Below, piece after piece: positions 13,231 through 26,400 of a stretch of DNA of 64,000 bases; position 1 is the first letter of the stretch, and each line of letters begins with the position of its first letter. The DNA lies in contig OZ116701.1 of NCBI GenBank assembly GCA_964199315.1, forward strand, positions 19,158,001 through 19,222,000, given 5' to 3'. Source of the stretch: Orbicella franksi (Eukaryota). The notes beneath the pieces were generated by a model. The model was not told the origin of the DNA, made no database searches, and was given only the letters and a program-made list of their open reading frames with translations. The position numbers were made by a program, and so were the translations under genes.

Positions 13231-14496
13231 AGCTCAACAGGAGCTAGCTCGAGTAAGAATGAAGAAGGTTTCCCAAGAGTAATACAGGCCGGCCTCTCAA
13301 ACAAGCAGCTTTTCGCACTACTTTTTTCTAGAAAGAACTATCCCCCTTTCCGCAACAGTGTTGCGTCGCATTTTGAAAACATTATGTCTAAAGATGATTG
13401 GTTTTCTTAAAAGTGCCAACTCTGTCAACTGTATGGCGACGAAAGCGACAGCATATCTGAGATAATTTAATTATTCCTGGAAGATACACGATTTATTTCT
13501 TTGTATCCTACACATTCGTAATGTATTATCAAAAAGACTTTAATTGACAAGTTTGCATCAATAATCATTTTGTTTTTCAATATTGACATAAATCTTCGTA
13601 TATTTATTAATGTTTACATTTCAGTCATCCAGCTTTTGTATATAGAGGAAAAGCGGCTCTTCAGTTGGATATAAGAAATTTTTGGTTCTTTACTAGAGTG
13701 TTAACGAGAATTTTATCTTAGTCTGTTAGGGTCATTTGTGCGGAGCAGCAGACAGGAAAAGGTGCAAACTTGCACGAAAACTGATGACAACTGAGAAACA
13801 TTGAAATTACTTTTAAACTGCAAATTGTGTTTCTCTCTCAAACGATCACACTGCCAGCTGATGAGCTTGGCAATATGGTGATGACATTAAACTGACATTT
13901 AGATGTTCCTCCTCTCATTACAGTTCGTAAAACTGCCATGGAACTGCAATTAAAATATAAACCGACAGTTCACCGCTAGTAACTGTTGGTAATTTTCAAG
14001 GCGGAATACTAAATAAAACTCTTCTTTCTTATTACTAATCGTACACAAATTAACCTCAACGCAGATTTAAAAGAGAACCTGGAATGAATTATCTTTGTGA
14101 CGCTTCCCATGTTTTAGTAACTTGTCTCCCTCAGTAAGTTAAGCATCTGTGTATTATCCTGGTTGGAGCCAAGCAGGTGTACTCATAAATAAAGATATTT
14201 ATTCTTATTGAAATTTTATGTCACATACACTTTGTTTCTTCATCCGCGAACAACAAACCTGCTAAAGTTTAGAGTCTTTCATAGTTAAAATTCAATGAAA
14301 GTAAGTTCCCTTTGTTTTTTATCGACAGTTGATGCTTCTATCTCTGTTATATTAATCCCTCACTCGTCTACGAGTTAGCCTGAGTTCTGCTACAAATAGT
14401 GCATTAGACATATTGCCTCATTTCAGTAAATCACATTTCTTTAGGCGCTATTTTCAAAAACAGTTTCTACTAGTGGACGTGACCTTTGCATGTGAG

Positions 14497-17400
14497 ATGG
14501 GGATTTTCAAAGTGACGCTTGCAGTGTTTTGTATCCTTTTCACCGAACGGTGCGATCATGCACGAGGTGAAGACGTTTGTGTTACTAAGCGGTTTTTCTT
14601 TAAAAAAGCTCAAGGTAAGTCACTTCAAATACAATGTTGCTAGTAAATGAAGTACAACTGGGATATCGGTTAAAAGTTAAACTCGGTTTTTGTTGTTCCT
14701 GGCGGTTTCTTTAAGCAGGAGTTTAATTTTTTTGGTACAATATGAATCAAGCAACACTAAAAATCATTTGCCATTGAAACAGGTCCAATAAACTGACTGA
14801 GAATGAAAGTGTTGCGTCGAAAAAGAACACTTTTTCAGTTTCATAAGAACACGAAACGAAAAACGGCTGCTTTTCTTTCTTCTTAGACTCGAAATTTGGT
14901 TTTGGTTTTGCACGTCAACCTCTTTTCAAGAATTAAACTAACTGCATGGTAGAGATACCGTATACCATCTTGCTAACGGATTGCAGTCGTATAGATTCTC
15001 TATATCAGTATTTTAATTTGCGGTTATAATTTAAACAAACTTCCAAACGACCAAACGACCGCGGGAAAACAATAGCTTATGGCACGTGCCTTGGTAAGCC
15101 TAATATCTCTCTAAACAAATAAAATAGGAGCGGGAAGAGTTGTAAGTAAATTGTAGGAGAAATTTACAAAGGCTCGCTTACTCTTTCATTGCCCATCGCT
15201 ACCTCCTTTCGTTCAACAAACAGTTGTACTGCTATAAAAGGGGTAAAAAACGTTCTCTGGTAAAATTGTTTAAAGTTGTGAGCTTTCAACAGCCAGTCTG
15301 CTGTCTTTGACGGACAAATATGAAATGATAAAATAGACCTAAAAGTTTTTGAATATAACAAGCGAATGGCATATATTAAATAGAATACGTGTGAAAGAAT
15401 GCGAGAATGCTAACATAACGAGCTTTAAGGCGCGAAAAAATTTATGCAAATTAGTCTGACGGTAGATTGAATCTACCGTCAACCAATTAAGACCTGTAAC
15501 ATAAGAACGCAGTTCTCACATTCTCCTGACCAAGAATATAACTGATATAATTAGTTAATGGGATTTTCGGTAACACCTCATGCATTGATAAATTCCCACG
15601 AGCACACGCAGTGTACGTGATAAAACCACAGCGCGAGGATTCTCGTCTAGTTCGCGTGAAAAGTTTTTTTGGAATAGCCGGCCATTCACGCTTTTCTTGC
15701 AATTGAGCCCCTTTCCCTGTTTCAAAGACTAACGTAACATTAAACAAATCACGATAAATTTAAGCAAATACACATCATCAAAGACAGCATAAATTTGTTT
15801 GCGTGCTAAGGGCATTTATTGCACAGTAAAACACCAACAATTCGTGTCGTCATATTGAAATATACCATCGTCCATCAGTCTTGACAGTTCTAATAGGCTA
15901 ATAATACTGAAAGCGAGTTATGGAAAAAATGAAAATTCGTCAATTCATGCTAATCGGCTGGAATTGTTCGCAGTATAACAATGTGTAACAATTGATTGAA
16001 AGTCCCGTGTCTATAGAACAGCAGCAAATTCATTTAATGATGGGCGATTTGGTGGATCGTCAGAGGTTAATTTCTTCGCCACTTTCAGAGAAAGCGCTGT
16101 TGCGGTAGGCAATAAATTTAAAATTTTCAGCGCAATCTTTCCGAAAGAAAAGACATCAGAAACTACACTTTGCTGTCCTTTTCCACTAACAATTTCTGGC
16201 GCGATATGTGGGTAAGACCGCCGGTATTCTTCTTGTGCGGAAGGTGACAAATCCATCAATGGTTTTGGGTTGGCAATGCGTCGCGCTTTCCCAAAATCAA
16301 TAATTACGGGATTCCATTGTTCTCCAGGTTTTTCCAGCACAACGTTGTTTGATTTGATGTCGTTATGAACAACACCGGCTTTGTGCATATGATTGAGAGC
16401 GTCCATTATTTTTTTCAGAATTCCTATCCAAGAAGGCTTGTCAAGTGTCCCCTTTTTGATAACCTTGTGTAATGTTGAACAAGAGTTGTTCTGGCCATGG
16501 AACTGAGTTATCAGTCGCAGCGGCAGTGATTTAGTGATAACTCCAAACAGTAAAGGCAGTCCACGGTGGTCACCGAGCTGGCCAATCATTTGAGCCTCTC
16601 TGAGAACTTCTTGCTTTATCTCATCCTGTGACCTTGACTGCCGAGGCTTAAATTCTTTTACTGCTACCGAAATCCCTCTGTAGTAGGCCAGGTAACACGT
16701 GCCAAAAGATCCACAGCCCAAAAAAATTTCTGATCTCACTACTTCCGAAGGATTTATCTCTTTCAATGGTGCAGATACCCGGGTTCGAGCCTCGTCCGAT
16801 TTCTTGGTTTTGGAGGTTGATCCAAGAACATCTACCACGACCGGGCTTTTCTTTGCTTCACAATGCTTGGCCGGTTTTGGCTCAGCAAAACCTTGCTCTG
16901 GCTCGGGAAGCTGACAGCTCATGGACGGTCGCACTGCTTCGGCAACAACTGCAGGTTTAGCTTCTGACTCGCGAGCAAGCTCAACAGCATTCTTGAGACA
17001 TTTGGCTTTCGCCTTCTTATTCCTCCATCGTTTCTTTGCTTCAATCCGAATGCCTTTCATTTTCTCTCTGTCTACGAGTTTCTTCCGCTTGTTTCTCGCC
17101 ATTCTCCTTGCTTCCAACACCCACAGAAATGAAAGGAGATTGAGACGAGCACGAAATGCAAAATGCGTTCAAAGAGCAGCATACGATCAAATCTTACTCA
17201 GGAGCAAATGCTACAATCATGTTTTCCGGCTCTTATTGATCCTTTGTTCCGGCGTGTGAGAACTATAATCCCTTTCAAAAAGATCGAGGGTCTGCTGTGG
17301 GGTAGTGGGAGTCGACAGTTCTCAAACAAAAAGTTTAGTAAATATAGAAACTGAAGAAATGTGCTGCAAAATTTTCGAGAAAACAAAAACAGCGATCAGG

Positions 17401-20400
17401 AACCCGAAGAATATCATCCAACTAACGTTGCACTACTTTTCACGGCAAAGAGATAAAGAAGTTATTCAGTGCCCCCTCCCCCAATAAAATACTAATTGTC
17501 TGTTCCGAATCATTTGTGTGATTGTGCCAAACTGACAGATGTCATTCCATTTCCCCTACTTGGCAAAGCCCTCTTTTCGCAACACAACATTGTGTATAAT
17601 CGCAGAGCTACATTCAAGATCTGAGTTTTTTCGGGGGCCTTCTTTGGTTAATTTCGCATTTTGGTTTGGAAGTGATGGCCTTAGTGGTATATAAGACACG
17701 CTGTGACCTTTGCCTTTGCTCCTTCAACACAACGGCTGCGCTTCTGCGACACAGACTTGTAAAACACAGCCAAGCGGAAACGGTTTCATATTTGCCCTTT
17801 TACAAAGGCGAAGAAGTCGTACAGCTTCCGCGAACAACCAAGAAAGGACGCAGGTCGGCGACCTATAAAGAATGGATCGGGGGCCTTGTGGATAGCATGA
17901 ATTCCTGTTTACATCCCAAAGCTCCTGGTAAGAGCAATAACAACCCTATAGATAACCTTTGACCAGGCTCTATTTTCGCTTCAATGGTAAACCTTTTCCC
18001 ATGGGAAACGAAAATTAGCGAATTGCGACATAAGAGGACATAAGAGCGATGCTAAAATTGGGCCTGATCGCAGGTTATCCTATAGACGAGATAATAAAAT
18101 CTCTTGCGAAGTAAATCTATGGAAGTGATATTAGATTGAACTATTTGCAGGAATATGGTACTTCCGGTCGAGAAAAAAATACCATCATTGTTTCAATAGT
18201 AGGTACGAGCTCAGGTAATACGTTGAAACGCATTAAAAGTCACCAATTCAAATCGACTCACGAATGAACTCCTCTTTTGGTTTGACCATTTTATTTGAAT
18301 GCATGGGAAGCTTTCAATACTTAATTTAACATACGAATGACATGGGAGACGCACACTTACTAGTCCAAAAGGAGAGCATGATTAAGACTTTTTTCGGGGG
18401 GAGGGGGGGGGGGGGCAGCAGCGAGGTATCAATCCTGCAAGGTTTGGACTCTTATGACTCCTCCTTTACTGGCATTAGGTAAATGGTGTCGCGTGGAAAG
18501 ATATGACGTGCCACAAGAATACTTCCAGGCTATGCTGGCGGATATGCCAAATGCATTCATCAACAGCATACGGGAGAAGAGACATCTACGCCCCCCTATA
18601 TGGAGGGAAACCTCCAAAGTACTGTCGTACAGGGATTATCACATTAGCGATTTGGTTGACGCCCTACAGAAACGGAGCGGCGTAAAACTGCATATAAAAA
18701 AGGCTTACCTGGGAGACGAGGAGATATCTGCATTTACCGAAGAACAAGATGGAAGAACCGCACTTGAAGCAGCCAAAGCAAGGGCACACGAACGTACTGC
18801 GAACAAATTTCCAACGCTTCAAATTCAAATTGTTGTGGGACGTGGTGAAGGAAGGGCTACAAGAGAGTTTGAACTGTTGTGGTGGCCGGAAATGTTCTCG
18901 ACTAACAGGCACGGAAAATTAACACTACGATTTTTTGTGTCGAAAGTAAATTTTTCCTAAAATACGCAATTTCCAGTTACAAATAAACAAGAGGCCATGT
19001 TTATTTCTCGGATATGAGATTGTGAAAAAAGTATAACGTCAAAACACTGTGTAACAAGACGCTACAGATGTTAACTTTATGCAATGACAAAACAATTTGG
19101 TGGAATATTGATGTTTCAGTGGCAGTTCCGAACGAAAATAAAGGAAAAGAAAAAAGCTGTAACTGAGCTGACTACCCGAGAAAGACAGAATAGTTTAAAG
19201 TTAGTTGAAAAGGAAATTATATTCTGCCCTCAGATAACAACAGCTCAAATGAACTGACCACCCAAAAAAGACAGAATAGTTTAAAGTTAGTTGAAAAGGA
19301 AATTATATTCTGCCCTCAGATAACAACAGCTCAAATGAACTGACCACCCAAAAAAGACAGAATAGTTTAAAGTTAGTTGAAAAGGAAATTATATTCTGCC
19401 CTCAGATAACAACAGCTCAAATGAACTGACCACCCAAAAAAGACAGAATAGTTTAAAGTTAGTTGAAAAGGGAATTATATTCTGCCCTCAGATAACAACA
19501 GCTCAAATGAACTGACCACCCAAAAAAGACAGAATAGTTTAAAGTTAGTTGAAAAGGGAATTATATTCTGCCCTCAGATAACAACAGCTCAAATGAACTG
19601 ACCACCCAAAAAAGACAGAATAGTTTAAAGTTAGTTGAAAAGGAAATTAAATCAACAGGAAACAAAAGATAAATTTTGGTGTGAGATAGCAACAGCTCAA
19701 TTTGAACGAACTGCACCGGAGCATTGTCACTGCAAGCTAAACAAACTAAATTTACACGTGGGCCCAATCAAGAATCTGAAGCATAAGGTTTTTCCGATGC
19801 AAGTCCATGTCACTGTATCTCCACGCAAAGCTGTTGATACATGAAGGGCCCCTCTCCAAGAAGTCTCTTGCTGCCATGATAACACCAACTCCACAGCTCC
19901 CAGCACCAATCATCTTCGAATCATTCACTCTTTGATCTGGCATTCCAAATCGTTTGAAGTGGTTGCAGTTTACCCAAAACTTTGTTTGGAGGGTCGCATG
20001 AGATGGATACATAATTGTCAGCAGTTCCAACAAATCTTTGATTGTGGGAAGGGTTGTAAATGGGGGAACATATCTTAGTCCATCATCAAAGTACATTTCC
20101 ATCCTTGACAAATTGACATAAATCAAACCCCAGTGGTTTGGCATATGGACTGGGACTAATATTTGCTGGAGGGTGTTGAAATTCTTCAATTCAGATGCTG
20201 TTCTCGCCATCCACTTTTTCTTGAAATTGATGTCGGGTGCTTTCATCCAGTCATAAAATTCTGAAGGAAAGTAAAGTGTATTGTCATTTCCGTTCATTCT
20301 TGCTTCTTCTAAGTACTTTCCTATGGAAATGTCTATTACAAAACTGTCAATATACCTTTCCAATGCAAGATCTGCAAATGAAGTAACGTCAATACTTTTC

Positions 20401-23400
20401 TTTCCAAACCTAAGGATTATATTAGTGGCTGGTTGGTGCCAAAGGGCTTCCTGAATCCTCACTAAATCTGGTGATGAGCACCTCAACTGGTTGAGCCAAT
20501 TTGCCTCAGAACACACCTTATGTCTAGTATTTGCTATGGTGCAAAACTGTTTCAAAACTGATAATCGACGTTCGGAGAACTGTCCAATACCCACTATGTT
20601 GATACCAGATGGATGGTTTCCCTTATTCGTTTCATCATCAAGAAGCTTTTCAGCTTCCTTGACAACATTTTCACAAGGGCGCATATTCAATGTGAAAGGA
20701 TCAGAAATTGTTGTAGCATCACGAACTGGATGAAGACCAGAGGACGGTTTACTTGATATAGGTGGTATTAGGTTGAATAGTGCAGCCACTTCCGCTCTTG
20801 TGGTGGCTTCATCCATAGAGACACGTAAGGCAGCCTGGTTTGATCCATCAAGTTGCCCTCCTTCAGTGATGGGAGAAAAACAAGAACTTCCACTGACAAG
20901 CGATTCTGCTGACATATCATCGATGGTGTCTTCACAAGTCACCTGCTCAGGTGTTTGGTGACTCTGAAACTCTGGAACAGTATTTTGAGGGACATCATTC
21001 TGCAAGGGAGCACATAAATCGGCCTCTATGTTGGAGACATCTTTGGCAAGACCCTGTGGTGAAGATGTTACATCCTCAATTTTGCAGTCATCAGAGTCCT
21101 CATGCATTTCTTGTTTGGGCTTTGGTGAACTTTGACTTTGGCAATTTTGCATCACACTTGCAGGTATATCATCTCGTTGGTCATTGCCCAAATTAGCGGG
21201 GAACAGGCTTGCAGGAACATCATTTAGCAAGTGAGTGTTGAGAGGGGGTCTTGGTTTACAAAGATTCTCTTTTACACCCTCTCTGATAGATGATTGCTCC
21301 GTATTATTCAGTACATGATTGGCGTATTGTACTTCCCAATAATCATGATCATACTCCAGTAGTCTTGACAAATCTTCATCGCTAACTTTGGTACCATGAT
21401 CAACAGTGTATGTGTATACCAGAAAGTCATTTCCAAACATTTGGCTAAATAAGTCACAAACCATCGTTATCCAGTTTCTTTTCTCCTTTGTCCATGATTT
21501 CATGTCAATGCTTTTCCAGCCACATCCACGGTAAAAAAACTTCTTCTTGCCTAAGGAGGGACACACAATATAAAATCACACTCAGTAAGTAAATTTGGTT
21601 AGCAAAACAACGAACTTCAGTCATGCAGCAAACGCGAATCAGCTGCATATAGCAATGGAGTATAGGACACCATCTCTGCATGAAACAAATTATAATTTTT
21701 CTTCCTTCTTTTTATGCAATTCTGGCTGAACCAGTTTCACACCTGTTCCAGCTCTCTGTGTAAACTTTTCAAATTCAAATACATTTTGATAAAATAAACA
21801 TAAAAAGAACCCTCAACACTAACCTGAAATGATGCATTCCCTTGCTTGTTGGAATGAATACCGCAGTGACAAAAGCATGGTTGTATACCAGTGAGTAAGG
21901 ATTTGGTTCACTGAAAATGAATGGAAATTTTCACTTGCTTGTAGCAATTCCATTTCAACTTGGATGTATTACAACAACAACGAGTAAAGTGGGACTATAA
22001 GGTACATCTACTCGGGTTAAACCGACAAGTCAGAACACAAATATTCAAATTAAAACTCTGCCCCTATGTGACCATTTCAAAAGGCAGAACGTCATGTCTA
22101 ATTTGCAAAAGCTGGAGATAAAGCAGTTTCCATCAACATTAAAATTTGTGTATAAGTGTTATTTTTCAACAATGGAATTTACTGATTGCAAATAGGTGTT
22201 TAGTTGGCTGTCCAGGCATTCTACGACACCATAATGTCAAACATGAATCACTCGTTTCTACAAGGGTAAGGTTAGTTGCAAAAAAAGACTTTTCAATAAG
22301 TTTTTCATGTAGCTGTAAACCATAGCTATAAAGCAATTTTCCATGGTTTCAATAACTAACTTTCTTTTTTTGTTATTTCTACATGTTTAAAATTTATGCA
22401 TACTTACAAGATTGGCCTTGTCCTGAACAATCATGATTTGTGGCCCTGGAATACAACTGCCTGTGTAGCTTGTGTGAAGACTCAAATCCTTGGCCAGAAT
22501 ATTTATATAGGGAACGAAAATGTCGCAACAGCATTGCACTGGGTCCACGACAAGATGTCCGTAGTCCCCTATGCCAAGGTGATGGCCAAATAATTTCTTT
22601 AACAGAAATCCCCACTCTTTGCACTGAAACAAAGACCATGAATAAATGCAAAGTCATCTTCCAATATGCTAAGACAATGGTTGAATGGGAACTTTCACAA
22701 CAATTCCTGATTACTACAGTAGCGGCCCTAGGGATAGCAGCACTTGTGCACAAATACTGTAATTTGGTAAATGAAGGACTGTCACTACTACAAAGGCCAG
22801 CAACTCAGTTACAAAAAGAATACAATGTTTTGAAAGTGAAGAGAAGAAACCTAGAACCTCTGTGTTACCTGGCATAATGTTGGATCACATTTTTTGCAAT
22901 GCCTTTTGTCAATGATACATCAACAGTAGCAGCAATGGTTCTTCATGCCATTAATAACTTAAAATTCTAGTTCCAGCATGGGTATTATTTCCTATACAAA
23001 GAAAAATACAATAAATTTGTAACCCCCTTACAAAAACCCCTGTCTTAAAAGCCACAGAGTATTTTGTTACCTTGACATCATGGATGTCTATCAACTGTTC
23101 CTCATGTTGATTAAATACTTTATCACGTATCGTAAGGGCAATGTCTCTCCAATCACAACAGACCTGAAATTAATATTTGGCAGGGTTGTTATTCAGTTGA
23201 AGACCAGAGCCATGCAAATGGTTTTTTTACAGAGGGGCATGCAGGCATACCTGCAGATCTGAAATAAATCATTATTGCTACGATAAGAGATTTGTAGATG
23301 TCTACTTGTACATGTATGTTTAGGTACTTCTCCTACATACATACACACATAAACTTTATTTCACCTTTGATTTACGGAGTAGCCATAAACACTAATATCT

Positions 23401-26400
23401 CCAAGAAGATAAATGTCCTATGCTACTAATTAACTCCCACTCCCTACTATACAGACATGTACATGTTTACAGCTGATCACAATTTAAAATTTAGTTGGCT
23501 GATATAACATTTAAAATCATGGAGATTCAGGAGTATTCTCAAATTGCCAGGTAGGCTATCCCATGCTTTTGTGGCTGAGTATCTATAGGAGTGTAGGTCA
23601 TAGGCAGTAGAAAGCTGCTCAGGAAGACTGAGAATGTTGGTACCTCATAAAGAATAGGGTAAACACATTTTTAAGTAGACTGGACAATTTGAGATATTTA
23701 GACATTTAAAGAGTACAGTTAAAATGAGCTTTTGCTCATGATTGGCCTTAAAAAAAGCTGGCATTTCCACCTTAGAAAACTTGTATAAGTGAAGGCTAAT
23801 TAACATCTGATTTTAGTATTTCAATCAATAACAGAATGGATCAGGCTTGACAAATCAGACTAAAGGGAATGGTGATAATAATTTCAATCCCTTTTTGATG
23901 CTTAAATGGTAACTGAAATCTTAGCAGCATCATGTTCCTTTCCCAAACTGTGACTACTTCTGAGAACAAATTAAAGGAGGTCTTCAGGCTCACATATTGA
24001 TTAGCTTTGCTTAAAATGGCACTCACTGGTCAAAAATTTTAAAACTGCCTGTAACATACAGGGTAGTACAGCTGTATTTGAAATCTGAACTTCAAATGCC
24101 GTTTGTCTCATAATAATAGTTTACCTTCACAAAAAACTGAATTTGAAGCTCAGCTGCATATGTTGAAAAAGTATCATCTCTGGTGTGTTCTGGTAGCATT
24201 TCTTTCTTCGATTTCCTCCTCTTTTTCTGCTTTGGCTCATTAACTGGCACCTGGCCTTGTGCTAACTCCATGTACCTTTCATCTGCTTCTCTTTGCTTTA
24301 GAGCCCAATACTCTTTATGGTTTTCCAAAAACAATTTAAACTCTAAAAGATAAAACCAGTGCAGATTTAACTTTAAGAAATTTGGCTGTCATAGCAAAAT
24401 GTACACTTTACAAGGGCTTTTTGTTTGTACTATAGACAACTTTTCTGAAAATTCTTTTACAGTAATCTGATTTTTACTCCTTTCGAAAAATTGTCTCTTC
24501 AGGGGTAGGTAACACATATGGATGTATCTTCTGACCAGAACCACAAAGTACACACCACAGTTTTACACATCTTGTGTATAACTTTCCATGTCAAACTGCA
24601 CAACAATAAAGAATTACAACTAAAAGCTAAAGTTTGTTTGCAAGATTAGTACCTTTTGTGTCCTCTAAGTTGACTGTTTCTTGTCCTGAGCCAAGATCAC
24701 GTACAAATGTACCTTTTTGGAGTATCTCATTTATGAACTAGAAAAGGTGAAAATAAGTACTATTAGCTACTTTTACTTTCTATACCAGAACCAATCAAGG
24801 ATTATAGGACTGCATTTGACCCATCAAGTTGTTCTCCAACCAAGACAAAAAAAATTATTTTTCACAGTACAAAAATTTATACACTGTAATATGGTACATT
24901 AGAACTTGATTCATTGTCAGTTTCCAAGTAAAAAGTCAAGACCTACCACAATACGCTCTTCGAAGAAGGTAACATAGCCTAAGATCACTTGTTCTGATGA
25001 ACCACGGTTTTCCTGGAAGTATTTTTTCACTTTTTCAAGGGGTAGTGATCTTTCAACAATTTCCTCAAAATTTCTCAAAATTGCTCTTTCAGTAGATCCT
25101 GTGACAAAAACAAATAAAGGTTTATGAGCTGATTTACATTAAGAACAATATTATTTTGTTATTATGAGAATCCTTTGTCATAACAAAATTGTAATAGTGC
25201 ACACTGGAAATAGGTTACTTAATTCATGTAGACAGCCAGTGAGGCAGTCAATACAGAGACTGTCAATGACTGTTGGTTCAGCTGACAAGAATGCCAAGAA
25301 AAAAAACCTTTAAGATTACTGTACCAATTATTATGCCCTATGGACATTCCTATTTATATTGTATCTTGTTCTGAACTATACCTGAGAATGAGGCCACATG
25401 TATGTTTGCTCTTTCTATAGATGTTTGTTGTCCTTTCCTTTCTTTGACAGTGACACGGGGAAACCCTCTGCAGTTTTCAGGCCCATAATTAGATAAAGCT
25501 TCATTTAACTTGTCGAGGCTTCCAATACGATGGGCAAACAAGCCTAGGGACCCCAAAAGCTGTTCACAGTTCCTCATTTCACAATGCAGAGAACACAAAT
25601 TGACATTACACAAATCTTCCTCAAGAAGAAAGTTGAGGTCTTCTCGAAGACCAGAACCTCTGGAAGATAACAAAAGGGAGGTTGGACCGGTACTTTTTTT
25701 AAGCCTGTGATTGAGCAGTTCATTAGATCTTGTAGAGTGCAATGTATACCAGTGACACATTATATTGAAGGCAACAGAAAAAAAGTATAAATGGTATAAT
25801 AAACACAGCTACTGTAGTTAACTAGTTTGCTATACTTACAAGAGTCTTATAGGATGTTTATGAATTGAACCAAGCCGATAAAACAGATTAAACCAAAGCA
25901 ACACATACCATGCTCTTGGCAGTAAAACAATATTTTAACACACACTGTGCATACCATGTTGCAAATGTGGCCCAGGTTAAGGATGTGTAGAATTAAATAC
26001 ACATATAGTACATGCAGGTACCTCAAAAGTTAACACACCCTCAGAGTCTGGTTATATCAAACTTAAGTAGCTTGTCATGGAAATACTAATTTTAAAGGAT
26101 CTTCAGGATACAGAATTTGGCTGTAACAAGAATGCCTTCTGGAATGTAAGCTTCAGGAATGTACATAAAATAAGCTTTCCAAGTTGGACACATTATTTTG
26201 GCTCATGAAACAGTGATGGTTTTCACCTTGAGATATCAGATATTACTTTTTGTTATGGCCTGTAATGTAAGAAAATATTGGGGAGTATAACGTACAAAAA
26301 AGAACCTTGTGTTCATAGATATGTAGCTAGGCCAAACTATATAGTCATGTAACATTGTTCCAGCTATACATGTGCATAATGATAATTATTATAAGTGCTG

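Noticed and set aside
17675-18960. RAG2-like partner gene
   Set aside because: It is convergent to the transposase but has no kelch repeats or PHD finger; only one C2H2 finger.
24420-24595. Additional transposase exon (..[28 protein letters not shown]..)
   Set aside because: It looks coding but would add TGA and TAA stops, and the flanking exons join in phase without it. Left unresolved, so not counted as evidence of decay.
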